Shown here: positions 48,057 to 57,693 of the stretch, piece after piece | Position numbering within the stretch: the stretch's first letter is position 1 | Layout: each line of letters starts with the position of its first letter | NCBI GenBank assembly: GCA_001821395.1 | Contig: MHLM01000001.1 | Location: forward strand, 96,001 to 160,000 | From: Candidatus Lloydbacteria bacterium RIFCSPHIGHO2_02_FULL_50_18 | GTDB lineage: Bacteria; Patescibacteriota; Minisyncoccia; Phycocordibacterales; UBA6899 | Direction: 5' to 3' | Length of the DNA stretch: 64,000 nucleotides | Position numbers and translations under genes: made by a program | The notes under the pieces: generated by a model | Told to the model about the DNA's origin: nothing | Databases searched by the model: none | Seen by the model: the letters and a program-made list of their open reading frames with translations, nothing else

Positions 48057-50243
48057 ATGAAAAACAAAACGCTGGTCATTGTCGAGTCACCGACAAAGAT
48101 CAAGAAGCTTGAAGCCTACCTTGGCGATGACTACATCGTCCTCGCTTCCGTTGGACATATTCGCGACCTCCCAAAATCCAATAAGGTCGCTATCGATATC
48201 GATGGCGGTTTTGTACCGCATTATGAAATTGTTCCGGGGAAGGACAAGGTGGTTCGCGAACTCAAGGAGGCGGCGAAGGTCGTCAAAGAAGTCCTCCTCG
48301 CAACCGACCCCGACCGCGAAGGCGAGGCTATCGCCTGGCACATCGTCGAAGTCCTCGGCCTAAAAAATGCAAAACGTATCGTATTTCATGAAATCACTGA
48401 ATCTGCAATACAAGAAGCGGTGAAACACCCCCGTCCAATCGATGAAAACCTCCGCCAGGCACAGGAAGCACGACGCATCCTTGATCGTCTCGTAGGATAT
48501 GACCTTTCGGGACTTATCTGGAAAAAAGTTCGCTATGGCCTCTCTGCGGGACGCGTGCAATCCCCGGCGCTCCGTATCATCATGGAGCGGGAACGAGAGA
48601 TCCGTGCGTTCATTCCGGAAACATTCTGGAGACTGACCGCGGACGTTGCGACCGCAAAAAAAGAACCATTCACGCTCACCTGTAGCGAGGAGCCGAGAGA
48701 CAAAGAACTTGTAGACAGGATCCTCAAAGAAGGAAAGATGAATGACTGGTATGTCCTCGAAGTGAAAGAAACCCAGGTTGCGCGCACGCCGAAGACTCCT
48801 TTTACTACCTCAACACTCCAGCAGTCCGCATCAACTCGACTCGGACTGTCCCCCTCGCGCACGATGCAGATCGCACAGAAACTTTATGAGGCCGGACTCA
48901 TCAGTTATATGCGTACCGATAGCACCAATCTCGCGCAAGAGGCGCAGAAAGAAATTCTCGCTATGATCGAAAAGACCTATGGCAAGGAAAAGGCGATGGC
49001 ACGTACCTACAAAACGAAGAGCAAGAATGCACAAGAAGCACATGAAGCAATTCGTCCCACGAGCGCATCAAAGAAAAAGGCGGGACTAACTCCAGAGCAG
49101 CAAAGTCTCTATGCCCTGATATGGGAGCGCACGATCGCATCGCAGATGATCGATGCCACCACATTGCGTACAAAAATAGTGGCGAATATAGAGGGAGCAA
49201 AGCAGCCAATTCCCGATTTTCATGCGAACGGATCGCGTATCATCGCAAAAGGATGGCTCGAAGCGGATCCCGATGCCGCTGGCGAAGAAGTCACTCTTCC
49301 AAAAGTTTCATCCGGAGATAAGCTCATACTAAAACAGCTCGACGCCCTCGAGAAGCAAACCGAACCGCTTCCCCGTTACACCGAGGCGGGTCTCATTAAG
49401 GAGCTCGACAAACGCGACATCGGTCGACCGTCGACCTATGCTTCCATCCTCCGGACCATCACCACGAGAGGTTACGTGAATAAAGAAGGCAAGACGCTCA
49501 TACCGACTGATACCGGGGATGTCGTCAGTTCATTCCTCGAACAACACTTTGCCAAATACATCAGTGACACATTCACTGCAGAGATAGAGCAAAAACTCGA
49601 TGATATCGCCCTCGGGAAACGAAAATATGCAAAGACGCTGAAAGAATTTTATGATCCATTCAAAAAAGATGTGAAATCGAAAGATAAAATTGAGAAGATT
49701 ACCAACCTTGGTGAGGCACCGATGGGACTGCTTTGTCCAAAGTGCGGCGGCAATATGATCATCAAGCTCGGCAAGAACGGCAAGTTCTTATCATGCGCAA
49801 AATTTCCGGATTGTGACGGATTGCGCGGTATCGACGGACAAGAGATCGAGGGCCCCCGTCTCACCGGAGAAAAATGCCCCGACTGCGAGAAGGGTGACCT
49901 CATCGAGCGCGAGGGTAAGTTCGGACGATTCATTGCTTGTGCAAACTATCCGAAATGCAAATACATCAAAAAAGATGCCAATCTTAACCCGGTCACCTCA
50001 AGCGGAGTCAAATGTAATATCTGCAACGAGGGCGACATGATCGAGCGACGTGGCAGATTCGGGATATTTTGGTCATGTTCGAACTATCCGAAATGCAAAC
50101 ATGCGATCAAGGCGAAACCGACGGGGAAATTATGCCCAATGTGCCAAGCACTCATGATGGAAGGTACGAAAACAATTCCCGAGAGATGTTCAAAAAAGGA
50201 GTGCCCCAACCATAACCCGCACAAGCTCAATAAACCCAAATAG
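48057..50243 (+). CDS. topA: DNA topoisomerase I
   Basis: Toprim MKNKTLVIVESPTKIKKLEAYLG and the active-site region, with C-terminal C4 zinc ribbons (CPKCGG...C.C). The upstream 46 codons of the long ORF are excluded. Confidence 0.9.
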   Translation: MKNKTLVIVESPTKIKKLEAYLGDDYIVLASVGHIRDLPKSNKVAIDIDGGFVPHYEIVPGKDKVVRELKEAAKVVKEVLLATDPDREGEAIAWHIVEVLGLKNAKRIVFHEITESAIQEAVKHPRPIDENLRQAQEARRILDRLVGYDLSGLIWKKVRYGLSAGRVQSPALRIIMEREREIRAFIPETFWRLTADVATAKKEPFTLTCSEEPRDKELVDRILKEGKMNDWYVLEVKETQVARTPKTPFTTSTLQQSASTRLGLSPSRTMQIAQKLYEAGLISYMRTDSTNLAQEAQKEILAMIEKTYGKEKAMARTYKTKSKNAQEAHEAIRPTSASKKKAGLTPEQQSLYALIWERTIASQMIDATTLRTKIVANIEGAKQPIPDFHANGSRIIAKGWLEADPDAAGEEVTLPKVSSGDKLILKQLDALEKQTEPLPRYTEAGLIKELDKRDIGRPSTYASILRTITTRGYVNKEGKTLIPTDTGDVVSSFLEQHFAKYISDTFTAEIEQKLDDIALGKRKYAKTLKEFYDPFKKDVKSKDKIEKITNLGEAPMGLLCPKCGGNMIIKLGKNGKFLSCAKFPDCDGLRGIDGQEIEGPRLTGEKCPDCEKGDLIEREGKFGRFIACANYPKCKYIKKDANLNPVTSSGVKCNICNEGDMIERRGRFGIFWSCSNYPKCKHAIKAKPTGKLCPMCQALMMEGTKTIPERCSKKECPNHNPHKLNKPK

Positions 50244-50543
50244 GTAGCTTGCAATCTGCATTGCAAGCGGAAAATTGTTTTTGTGAGACGGAGCATTGTT
50301 TCGCCAGCAGGCGAAACGCGAGTCGGGGTCGCGAGCGTTTTCGTTCGACGGAACGAAAACGACTTGTGACCAAAAACTATTCCCGAACGATGCAGCAAGA
50401 AGGAGTGCCCGAATCATAACCCCCACAAACTGAACAAGCTCACATAACACAAATACCACCCGCTCCAGAGAGCGGGTGATTGATTCTTGCTCAACTACCT
50501 ACTTTTTCATCTGTACACAGTTGCACAAATCTGATTTTTCGTT

Positions 50544-52016
50544 ATGATAAAAAATATGGAACATGTCAAGACACTCACCGAAATTACTGAAGTCATGCGC
50601 AGTAAGGAAAAAGAGCACATCGATCTCGTGACAAAGGCCTATAACTTTGCTGAACAAGCGCACCACGGACAGAAACGCTACTCCGGGGATCCGTACTTTA
50701 TCCACGTTGCAGCGGTAGGATATACCCTTGCGGAGATGGGCATGGATACGACCACCATCTCAGCAGGGCTCCTGCATGACGTCGTCGAGGACGCAATGGT
50801 ATCTGAAGATGATATCGAGCGAGAATTCGGAAAAGAGATCCGTTTTCTTGTCGACGGTGTCACAAAGCTCGGTAAGCTCAAATATCATGGGGTCGAAAGA
50901 CATGTCGAAAGCTTGCGCAAACTTTTCGTTTCCACCGCAAAGGACCTGCGAGTCATCATCATCAAGCTTGCCGATCGATTGCATAATGTGAGCACACTTA
51001 AATATATACCGAAGGCCAAGCAGCATCGTATCGCCATGGAGACACTCGAGATCTATGCACCGATCGCAAATCGTCTCTCCATCGGTAAGATCAAGGGCCA
51101 GCTCGAGGATTACTCCTTCCCTTTTGCTTATCCCGAAAAATACGAAGAACTTCAAGCACTGCTCAAGGAGCGAAATAAGGACAATGAAAAGCGTTTGGAA
51201 AAAATATATCGCGGAATCCAGATAGAGCTTGTAAAGAGCGGAATCGTAAATGTGCATGGTGAGTACCGCATCAAGCGCATGTACAGTCTTTATAAGAAAC
51301 TCGCGGAACATGACATGGACATCAGCAAGATCTATGACCTGTCTGCACTGCGGATCGTTGTCCCGACCCTTGCGGACTGTTATCGTGCGCTTGGTATCGT
51401 ACACAGCGTCTGGAGACCGCTTCCCGGCCGCATCAAAGACTATATTGCCTTTCCAAAACCAAACGGCTACCAATCACTGCACACAACGATATTCACCGGC
51501 GACGGCGGCATCGTTGAGGTACAATTTCGCACCGAGGAGATGGACCGCGATGCGGCGCTCGGAATTGCAGCGCACTTTGCATACAAAGAAGGAATTCCGG
51601 GCGACGTGAGTGGCAAACTTCCCAATAAGCTCGATTGGGTGAAGCAAGTTTCGCTATTACAGAAAAATATTTCCGCGTCTGGAGAATACCTTGAAAATCT
51701 TAAGGTTGATTTTTTCGGTGATCGCATATTTCTTTTCACTCCCAAGGGTGACGTTGTCGATCTTCCTCAGGACTCCAGTCCGATCGATTTTGCCTATGCC
51801 ATCCACTCGGATATCGGAGAACATATTTCCGGCGCAAAGATCAACGGAAAATTTCTCGCACTTGATACAAAATTGCACAACGGGGATATCGTCGAAGTCA
51901 TCACCAAAAAAAATGCGAAGCCGTCGATCAAATGGGTTGATTATGCGAAAACAACTTTTGCAAAGCGCAGTATTCGTTCATATCTGCAAAAAGAAGAGGA
52001 GAAACGAAAGCGTTAA
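50544..52016 (+). CDS. rel: Bifunctional (p)ppGpp synthetase/hydrolase, short Rel/SpoT form (HD-synthetase-TGS)
   Basis: HD motif HDVVED, synthetase RIKRMYSLYKK...GYQSLHTT, and TGS. Confidence 0.85.
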   Translation: MIKNMEHVKTLTEITEVMRSKEKEHIDLVTKAYNFAEQAHHGQKRYSGDPYFIHVAAVGYTLAEMGMDTTTISAGLLHDVVEDAMVSEDDIEREFGKEIRFLVDGVTKLGKLKYHGVERHVESLRKLFVSTAKDLRVIIIKLADRLHNVSTLKYIPKAKQHRIAMETLEIYAPIANRLSIGKIKGQLEDYSFPFAYPEKYEELQALLKERNKDNEKRLEKIYRGIQIELVKSGIVNVHGEYRIKRMYSLYKKLAEHDMDISKIYDLSALRIVVPTLADCYRALGIVHSVWRPLPGRIKDYIAFPKPNGYQSLHTTIFTGDGGIVEVQFRTEEMDRDAALGIAAHFAYKEGIPGDVSGKLPNKLDWVKQVSLLQKNISASGEYLENLKVDFFGDRIFLFTPKGDVVDLPQDSSPIDFAYAIHSDIGEHISGAKINGKFLALDTKLHNGDIVEVITKKNAKPSIKWVDYAKTTFAKRSIRSYLQKEEEKRKR

Positions 52017-52114
52017 GGCCTCATCCATTAATAAGTTGCTATAAAAAATGGCTGATGCACAGAGGACCGTCAACACCAATAACGATGAGGTTATTGGTGG
52101 ACGAGTCCTAAGCC

Positions 52115-53290
52115 CTAGATCGAAAAATTGCTGACCGAGTAGAGAGCGTCGTCTTCGGACTCATCGGTCTTTTTTATCTCACCTTCTGCTTCCGGTATCG
52201 CTTCTCGGTCACCTGGAGGCTCATGATGCTCATCGTCGGAAATATCGGTACTGAATCGTTGGAACGAGTCGAGGTGGTCGGGGGCGTCATCAAGAGGTAT
52301 GAGCGGGGCTTGCGGAGCCTCAAACGGCGCAAAAGAATGTCCATCACGGGGAATGACCTCGTCGTGCGATATGCGAATCGGAGTACTCTCCTCGAGTGTT
52401 TTCATTGCCTTGCTTGTGTCCGATGCGGCGGTCGAGGCTTTACGCAGCAGTGAAAGCTGTTCGGAAAAATGCACCTTATCGAGCAATGCACGCAGGTCAT
52501 CACTGGAGAAGAAATCAATGACCAACTTTCCGCCCCCTACCTGTCGACGTTCGATGGAAACGCGCGTTCCTAGGGTTTCCGCAAGCTCCTTTTCAATGAG
52601 CTCCATCTCGGGATCGCGAGGGATCTTGCTGCGTACCCGCTCTTTTGCGATGTGCCGCGCGATCTGTTCTGCCTCCCTCACGGTGAGCTTTTTGAAAAGA
52701 ATTTCTTTATAGAGCGTATTCTGTTCTTCTTTTCGATCGGTAAGCATCATCAAAGGGCGTGCATGCCCCTCAGTGATGCGCCCCTGCGCAAGCGCATCGA
52801 GGATCTCTTTCGGAAGTACGAGCAATCGCAATGTATTCGAAACATACTCACGACTCTTCCCCACTTTCTTTGCGATCTCAGTGTGCTTCAAGCTAAATTC
52901 TTGTGCAAGCCGCGCAAATGAAATAGCGCGATCAACGGGATTGAGGTCTTCGCGCTGCAAGTTCTCGATGATGGCGAGCTCGAGCTTGAGACGCGGATCG
53001 GTCACCGCCTGAATGATAGCCGGCACACGCAAGAGTCCCGCAAGCCTGGAGGCGCGCAAACGACGCTCTCCTGCGATGAGTTCGTATTCCACGACCATTC
53101 CCCCATCAGGTAGCTCAACTTCGCTTCGCGTGACGACGAGCGGCTGAAGCACCCCATACTGGCGGATAGAGTCTGCAAGGTCACGCAAATGAGCTTCGTC
53201 AAACTCTTTTCTCGGCTGATAGGGATTCGGTTTGATCTTCTCGACTTCGATCCAAAAAATGGCGTTGTTTATAAATTCAGACATGCGCAC
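52115..53290 (-). CDS. parB: ParB/Spo0J-like partition protein with long acidic C-terminal extension
   Basis: ParB N-domain GERRLRASRLAGL and HTH. Confidence 0.75.
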   Translation of the reverse strand: MRMSEFINNAIFWIEVEKIKPNPYQPRKEFDEAHLRDLADSIRQYGVLQPLVVTRSEVELPDGGMVVEYELIAGERRLRASRLAGLLRVPAIIQAVTDPRLKLELAIIENLQREDLNPVDRAISFARLAQEFSLKHTEIAKKVGKSREYVSNTLRLLVLPKEILDALAQGRITEGHARPLMMLTDRKEEQNTLYKEILFKKLTVREAEQIARHIAKERVRSKIPRDPEMELIEKELAETLGTRVSIERRQVGGGKLVIDFFSSDDLRALLDKVHFSEQLSLLRKASTAASDTSKAMKTLEESTPIRISHDEVIPRDGHSFAPFEAPQAPLIPLDDAPDHLDSFQRFSTDISDDEHHEPPGDREAIPEAEGEIKKTDESEDDALYSVSNFSI

Positions 53291-53597
53291 ATTCTAGCAT
53301 AGAACCACCCGCCGCAATGATGTGTACAAAGTGTTGATGAGTTTGATTTTTGGATGCGAGTTCGTTACACTATCCCCACAAGCTGGAGTGGCGGAATGGT
53401 AGACGCGTGAGGTGCTGGATTAGCGAAGCAGCGCTTCGCAAGCACCGCAAGGTCGGAGCCATGTCGAGGCTTTGTGAGACAGGCGAGACGGGGTCGCAAG
53501 AACTTATGAGCGAAGCGAATTAGTTACTTGAGACCGACGTAGTCGTGCGCAGTGTGGATGTCGTGAGAATTGTTCAAAAAAATAAATAGTTCGTATT

Positions 53598-53678
53598 GCC
53601 GGAGTGGCGGAATGGTAGACGCGCACGACTCAAAATCGTGTTTCGAAAGAAGTGAGGGTTCAAGTCCCTCCTCCGGCA
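53598..53678 (+). tRNA. tRNA-Leu (anticodon CAA)
   Basis: Acceptor GCCGGAG/CUCCGGC, anticodon loop CU-CAA-AA, a 13-nt variable arm (type II), and T-arm GAGGG-UUCAAGU-CCCUC. It is followed by a hairpin plus T-run at 53694-53713. Confidence 0.8.
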
Positions 53679-53730
53679 CATTTTGAAAAATCAGCCCATG
53701 TGGGCGATTTTTCTTATGTGCCGGAGAGAA

Positions 53731-54067
53731 AGTGCTCTGCGGCACTTTCGTGAGGGACTTGAAAAGCTTTGCGATGTTTATAAAGAATTCTTATTCTGAA
53801 TAAACCGCAAGGGTGTACTGACCGAGTAGCGGTCAAGTCCCCTCTTTCTTTGACAAAAAACGTAGTAACTCGTGACCAAGTCTGATACCCTTGCGTGCTT
53901 TCGTGAGGGACTTGAAAGGGATTTCGATATTTTCAAGGAGCCATGCTCCGAGAAAATCGAAATCCACCTGGCGAAGTAATCGCCAAGTCCCTCGTTAATT
54001 GCATCAATAAGACCTAGTGATTCGTGACCAAGTCCGAGAGTACTGCTCGGCTTCCGTGAGGTGACCC
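53731..54067. repeat. Degenerate tandem repeats containing tRNA-Leu T-arm-like fragments
   Basis: Repeated ctttcgtgagggacttgaaa(ag/gg) at 53745 and 53895, with cttccgtgaggtgaccc at 54048. T-arm-like caagtccc cores occur at 53830, 53878, 53985 and 54030. Confidence 0.6.
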
Positions 54068-54162
54068 ACTAGAGACGCGCATGATTGTACCTGCGCATTG
54101 CACTCATACATATTCTCAAGTAGAGTTGACTCAGAATCTCATAGTCAATTTACGGAGGAAAA

Positions 54163-54642
54163 ATGCAACAAATATCGTCCCTCGGTGAGCTTTCGGCGAT
54201 ACAAAGTACCGCACTCGATGAAGCACTTCTAGTGCTAGAAAACTCCTACAATCCCTATTCTCACTTTTGTGTCGGGGCATGCCTCTATACACAAGACGGA
54301 AAACTGGTATCCGGAACAAATGTCGAAAACGCTGCGTATGGTTCAACCATTTGCGCCGAACGTTCCGCCATTTTGAGTGCAAATGCACTCGGAATCAGAC
54401 GATTCATTGGCATTGCGATCATCGCGCGCGGAGAAAATTTCGACACAACGGAAGTCACTGGTCCGTGCGGAAGCTGTCGGCAAATGCTTTATGAACTTTC
54501 GCAAATTTCGAACTGCGACCTAGAGATCGTTCTTTCGACGTCAAAGAAGGATAAGATCATCGTAACAACAATCAAGGAACTTCTCCCGCTCGCCTTTGGC
54601 CCAGTTGATCTCGGCATCGACATCACCAAGTATCAAAAATAA
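54163..54642 (+). CDS. cdd: Cytidine deaminase
   Basis: CAERSAI...CGSCRQ zinc-binding motifs. Confidence 0.85.
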   Translation: MQQISSLGELSAIQSTALDEALLVLENSYNPYSHFCVGACLYTQDGKLVSGTNVENAAYGSTICAERSAILSANALGIRRFIGIAIIARGENFDTTEVTGPCGSCRQMLYELSQISNCDLEIVLSTSKKDKIIVTTIKELLPLAFGPVDLGIDITKYQK

Positions 54643-54690
54643 TATGTCGGCAATAAAAAAGCGCTCTGATCGAGCGCTTTTTACTTGTAA

Positions 54691-55314
54691 CTATATCTTC
54701 CCAACCAGCTCAATCCCCGGCTTGAGTGTGACCTCTCCCGGTTCCCAGCTTGCGGGACACACATTGCCACCATGCTCAGCGACAAACTTTGCCGCACGTA
54801 ATTTGCGGAGCAACTCCTTTCCGCTTCGTCCGATCGCATTGTCGTTGATCTCCATCGTCTTCAGCACCCCCTCAGGATCAACAATGAAGCTTCCGCGCAG
54901 AGAAAGCCCCGAGTCCCCGCCATCGGCAATATACGTTCCGAAGAGCATCGAAAGACTTCCGTCGGGGTCGGCGACCATCGGATATTGGATCTTCTTGATT
55001 GCAACCGAAGAATCGTGCCATGCTTTGTGTGCGTACACCGTGTCAGTAGAAACCGAAAGCACCTCTGCACCTTCCTTTTTAAATTCTTCATACATGTCCG
55101 CCATTTCTTCAAGCTCAGTCGGGCAGACGAACGTAAAGTCTGCAGGGTAAAAGAAATAGATAACCCACTTTCCAAGGAGGTCTTTTGTCTTAATTTTCGT
55201 CAATGCATCATTTTTAGTATCGTAGACGGCAAGCTCCATCTCTGGGAGCTTATCTCCGATCGACAGTGATACGTCAACCAGATCTCCACCGCATGCACAG
55301 GTCTCTTCATTCAT
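54691..55314 (-). CDS. Peroxiredoxin (AhpC/TSA, typical 2-Cys)
   Basis: FFFYPADFTFVCPTE peroxidatic Cys motif and a resolving Cys near the C-terminus (GGNVCPAS). There is a ~20-aa N-extension. Confidence 0.85.
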   Translation of the reverse strand: MNEETCACGGDLVDVSLSIGDKLPEMELAVYDTKNDALTKIKTKDLLGKWVIYFFYPADFTFVCPTELEEMADMYEEFKKEGAEVLSVSTDTVYAHKAWHDSSVAIKKIQYPMVADPDGSLSMLFGTYIADGGDSGLSLRGSFIVDPEGVLKTMEINDNAIGRSGKELLRKLRAAKFVAEHGGNVCPASWEPGEVTLKPGIELVGKI

Positions 55315-55382
55315 AAGTGTATAATTTTATATGTAAGGCCCAAATTATAGCATTTTTCGTGAAAAGTTCTATACTCTCAAAC

Positions 55383-56285
55383 ATGAATAATGAGAAGCCA
55401 AAAATAGTCGTCGTTGTCGGTCCGACGGCATCGGGAAAGAGCGATCTCGCGGTAATTATCGCGCAAAAATTTAACGGCGAAGTAATTTCCGCGGATTCAC
55501 GTCAAGTATATACAGGGCTCGATATCGGAACAGGAAAAGTGACCGAAGAAGAGATGGGCGGAGTCACTCATCACCTGCTTTCTGTCGTATCTCCGGAGGT
55601 CATCTTTACGGTAAGTGAGTATCGCACCATGGCACAACATGCGATCGACGAGATACTTGCGCGGGGAAAACTGCCCATCATCTGCGGTGGTACAGGATTT
55701 TATATTCAAGCTCTCGTTGACGGGATACAGTTGCCCGATGCACCACCGAACCCAAGGCTGCGCGAAACACTGTCTGCGTTCACGACAACAGCGCTTTTTG
55801 AAAAACTCACAGCCCTTGATCCGGATTTCGCCGACATCGTCGACAAGCACAATCCGCACCGACTCATTCGCGCCATCGAGATCGCGTCAGCGCTCGGGCA
55901 CGTTCCCTCTCTCGAAAAACATCCGCTGTATGATCCGTGCTTTATCGGCATCTCAACAGATCTCTATACACTCCGTGAGCGCATTCACAAAAGACTCCTC
56001 GCACGCCTCAATGCCGGAATGCTTGATGAAATAAAAAGACTTCACGCGGAGGGACTGTTGTGGGAGCGAATGGAGGCGCTCGGACTGGAATATCGCTATC
56101 TTGCGCGCCACCTCACGGGGAAGCTTTCGTTCGACGAGATGACGAAAGAGTTAGAAAATGAGATCTTCCATTATGCCAAAAGACAAATGACCTGGTTCAA
56201 ACGCGATAACCGTATTCATTGGTTTGAAAAAGATGATCTCGTCGCTGTCGAAAAGGAGGTAGGGAAACATCTCCTTCGAGAATGA
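55383..56285 (+). CDS. miaA: tRNA dimethylallyltransferase
   Basis: P-loop VVVGPTASGKSDLAV, with SADSRQVY. Confidence 0.85.
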   Translation: MNNEKPKIVVVVGPTASGKSDLAVIIAQKFNGEVISADSRQVYTGLDIGTGKVTEEEMGGVTHHLLSVVSPEVIFTVSEYRTMAQHAIDEILARGKLPIICGGTGFYIQALVDGIQLPDAPPNPRLRETLSAFTTTALFEKLTALDPDFADIVDKHNPHRLIRAIEIASALGHVPSLEKHPLYDPCFIGISTDLYTLRERIHKRLLARLNAGMLDEIKRLHAEGLLWERMEALGLEYRYLARHLTGKLSFDEMTKELENEIFHYAKRQMTWFKRDNRIHWFEKDDLVAVEKEVGKHLLRE

Positions 56286-56348
56286 TCCTTAAAATATAAA
56301 TTATGTAATTCATATCGGTCGATACAAATTACATAATATATTAACATC

Positions 56349-56376
56349 AAAAACCCCACTCATGGTGGGGTTTTTT
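56349..56376. terminator. Bidirectional terminator
   Basis: aaaaa-ccccactcatggtgggg-tttttt. Confidence 0.8.
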
Positions 56377-56380
56377 ACGA

Positions 56381-57313
56381 CTATTCCTCGCCCATATATT
56401 CGGGCGGGAGAACAAAGACGTGATAATGCGAACGCTCAATGATGAACAGAATTTTATGCTTTTGTTGATCGGCGATAAGCCGGGCCTCAAGCCATGCGCG
56501 TTTCTGTTGACCAATATCCTTCAGACCGAGATCAAGCGAGGACCCACTTGTATGGGTGGAGCACAGAAATGCATAGCGACAGTCTGCGGGCGATAGCCCT
56601 CGCCTCACCTCTTTTGCCTGATCCTCAAAGGAGCGAATCATCGAAGTAACGCGAAGCGGAACGAAATGCTCACCGGCCTGCTCTTCCAGCGCAAAATGCT
56701 GATGCATATCATGAGCAAGTCCCGCGATATAATCGCGCACCCATGGACGAGTGAACCTCCTGTCGGGAGGGATCTCTTTTGACACCACTTCAACGTAAGG
56801 AGACGATATCTCCACAAGCTGACCTCCCGCTTCACGTCGGATATCCGCGAGATCGCGATATCCTCGAAGCCGAAATGTGCGCGCGAGACAAACTTCATGC
56901 CCATGATGCGCCGTGGATCCGCGCAGTGCGGACCAAAAGGCCCTGAGTCCGTTTTCCTCGCGTGCGGTCTGCTCTCGAAACACGAAATCCACTACAGCTC
57001 CAGTGCGATTCGTCTCAGTCACATGGCGGATGCATTCCGAAAATGCATCACGTATCGCCTCTTGCTTCGAGGAAAGCAATAGCTTCGCACCAAGCGGCAC
57101 TCGAGATGGATCGGCAACCGGTGGCAGCTTATTCTGTCTCACTTTGTGCTTTCCGGACCGTTGGGGCTTCTTTACCTTCTTGCACAGCTTTTGTTTATGA
57201 TTCTTCCGGCACTCCGCGCGAACGGACGTGTACTCCGTAGCCGGTGCGGCAAATGTGCTTCCAAAAAGGAGCACCATGAACAAAGCGGCTATCGCTCGTG
57301 CAATATGCTTCAT
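56381..57313 (-). CDS. Secreted LAS/M15-like peptidase (putative D-Ala-D-Ala carboxypeptidase-like)
   Basis: Signal peptide. STHTSGSSLD resembles SxHxxGxAxD and ERSHYH resembles the ExxH zinc motif. Confidence 0.4.
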   Translation of the reverse strand: MKHIARAIAALFMVLLFGSTFAAPATEYTSVRAECRKNHKQKLCKKVKKPQRSGKHKVRQNKLPPVADPSRVPLGAKLLLSSKQEAIRDAFSECIRHVTETNRTGAVVDFVFREQTAREENGLRAFWSALRGSTAHHGHEVCLARTFRLRGYRDLADIRREAGGQLVEISSPYVEVVSKEIPPDRRFTRPWVRDYIAGLAHDMHQHFALEEQAGEHFVPLRVTSMIRSFEDQAKEVRRGLSPADCRYAFLCSTHTSGSSLDLGLKDIGQQKRAWLEARLIADQQKHKILFIIERSHYHVFVLPPEYMGEE

Positions 57314-57378
57314 TGCGTTCCCCCTTCAAAGAAACCTCTACGTTCACGCTAACATGCCTTAGGGTTTGCGCAAGGAGA

Positions 57379-57398
57379 GAAATCAGCGGGCCCACGAG
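57379..57398 (-). repeat. Partial copy of the tRNA-Trp 3' end
   Basis: gcgggcccacgagga(a/g)tcga matches 57554-57573 (19/20). Confidence 0.65.
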
Positions 57399-57554
57399 GA
57401 ATCGATCGCAGTACCGTTCGTTGCGGTCACAGATAATTTCCTCGCCGTCGCACGGAAATTTCCGCGACCCCGACTCGCAACCTCGCTTGCTAGCTCGGTA
57501 TCAGCTCCGTCTCCCGCAAAGCGAAAAACTGCATTCGCAGTTATTTCGTCTTTG

Positions 57555-57625
57555 CGGGCCCACGAGGAGTCGAACCTCGGACTCTTCTTTTGGAGAGAAG
57601 AATTTTACCGCTAAACTATAGGCCC
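57555..57625 (-). tRNA. tRNA-Trp (anticodon CCA)
   Basis: Acceptor GGGCCUA/UGGGCCC, anticodon loop CU-CCA-AA, and T-arm CGAGG-UUCGACU-CCUCG. Confidence 0.8.
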
Positions 57626-57664
57626 TGTATGGGAGAATATAACACGCAACGGGTATTGCTTCAA

Positions 57665-57690
57665 CAAAAAACCACCGAGGGGTGGTTTTT
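57665..57690. terminator. Bidirectional terminator after rpmG
   Basis: aaaaaa-ccaccgaggggtgg-tttttt. Confidence 0.75.
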
Positions 57691-57693
57691 TGA

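Noticed and set aside
53383-53470. Possible second tRNA-Leu, perhaps intron-containing, because of a perfect 23-nt match to the tRNA 5' half
   Set aside because: No anticodon-stem complement, T-arm or matching 3' acceptor strand (ctccagc) was found downstream within 300 nt. It is treated as a partial duplicate.
53731-54067. CRISPR array
   Set aside because: The repeats are degenerate, of unequal length and irregularly spaced, and no cas genes are present. They look like tRNA-derived or scar repeats instead.
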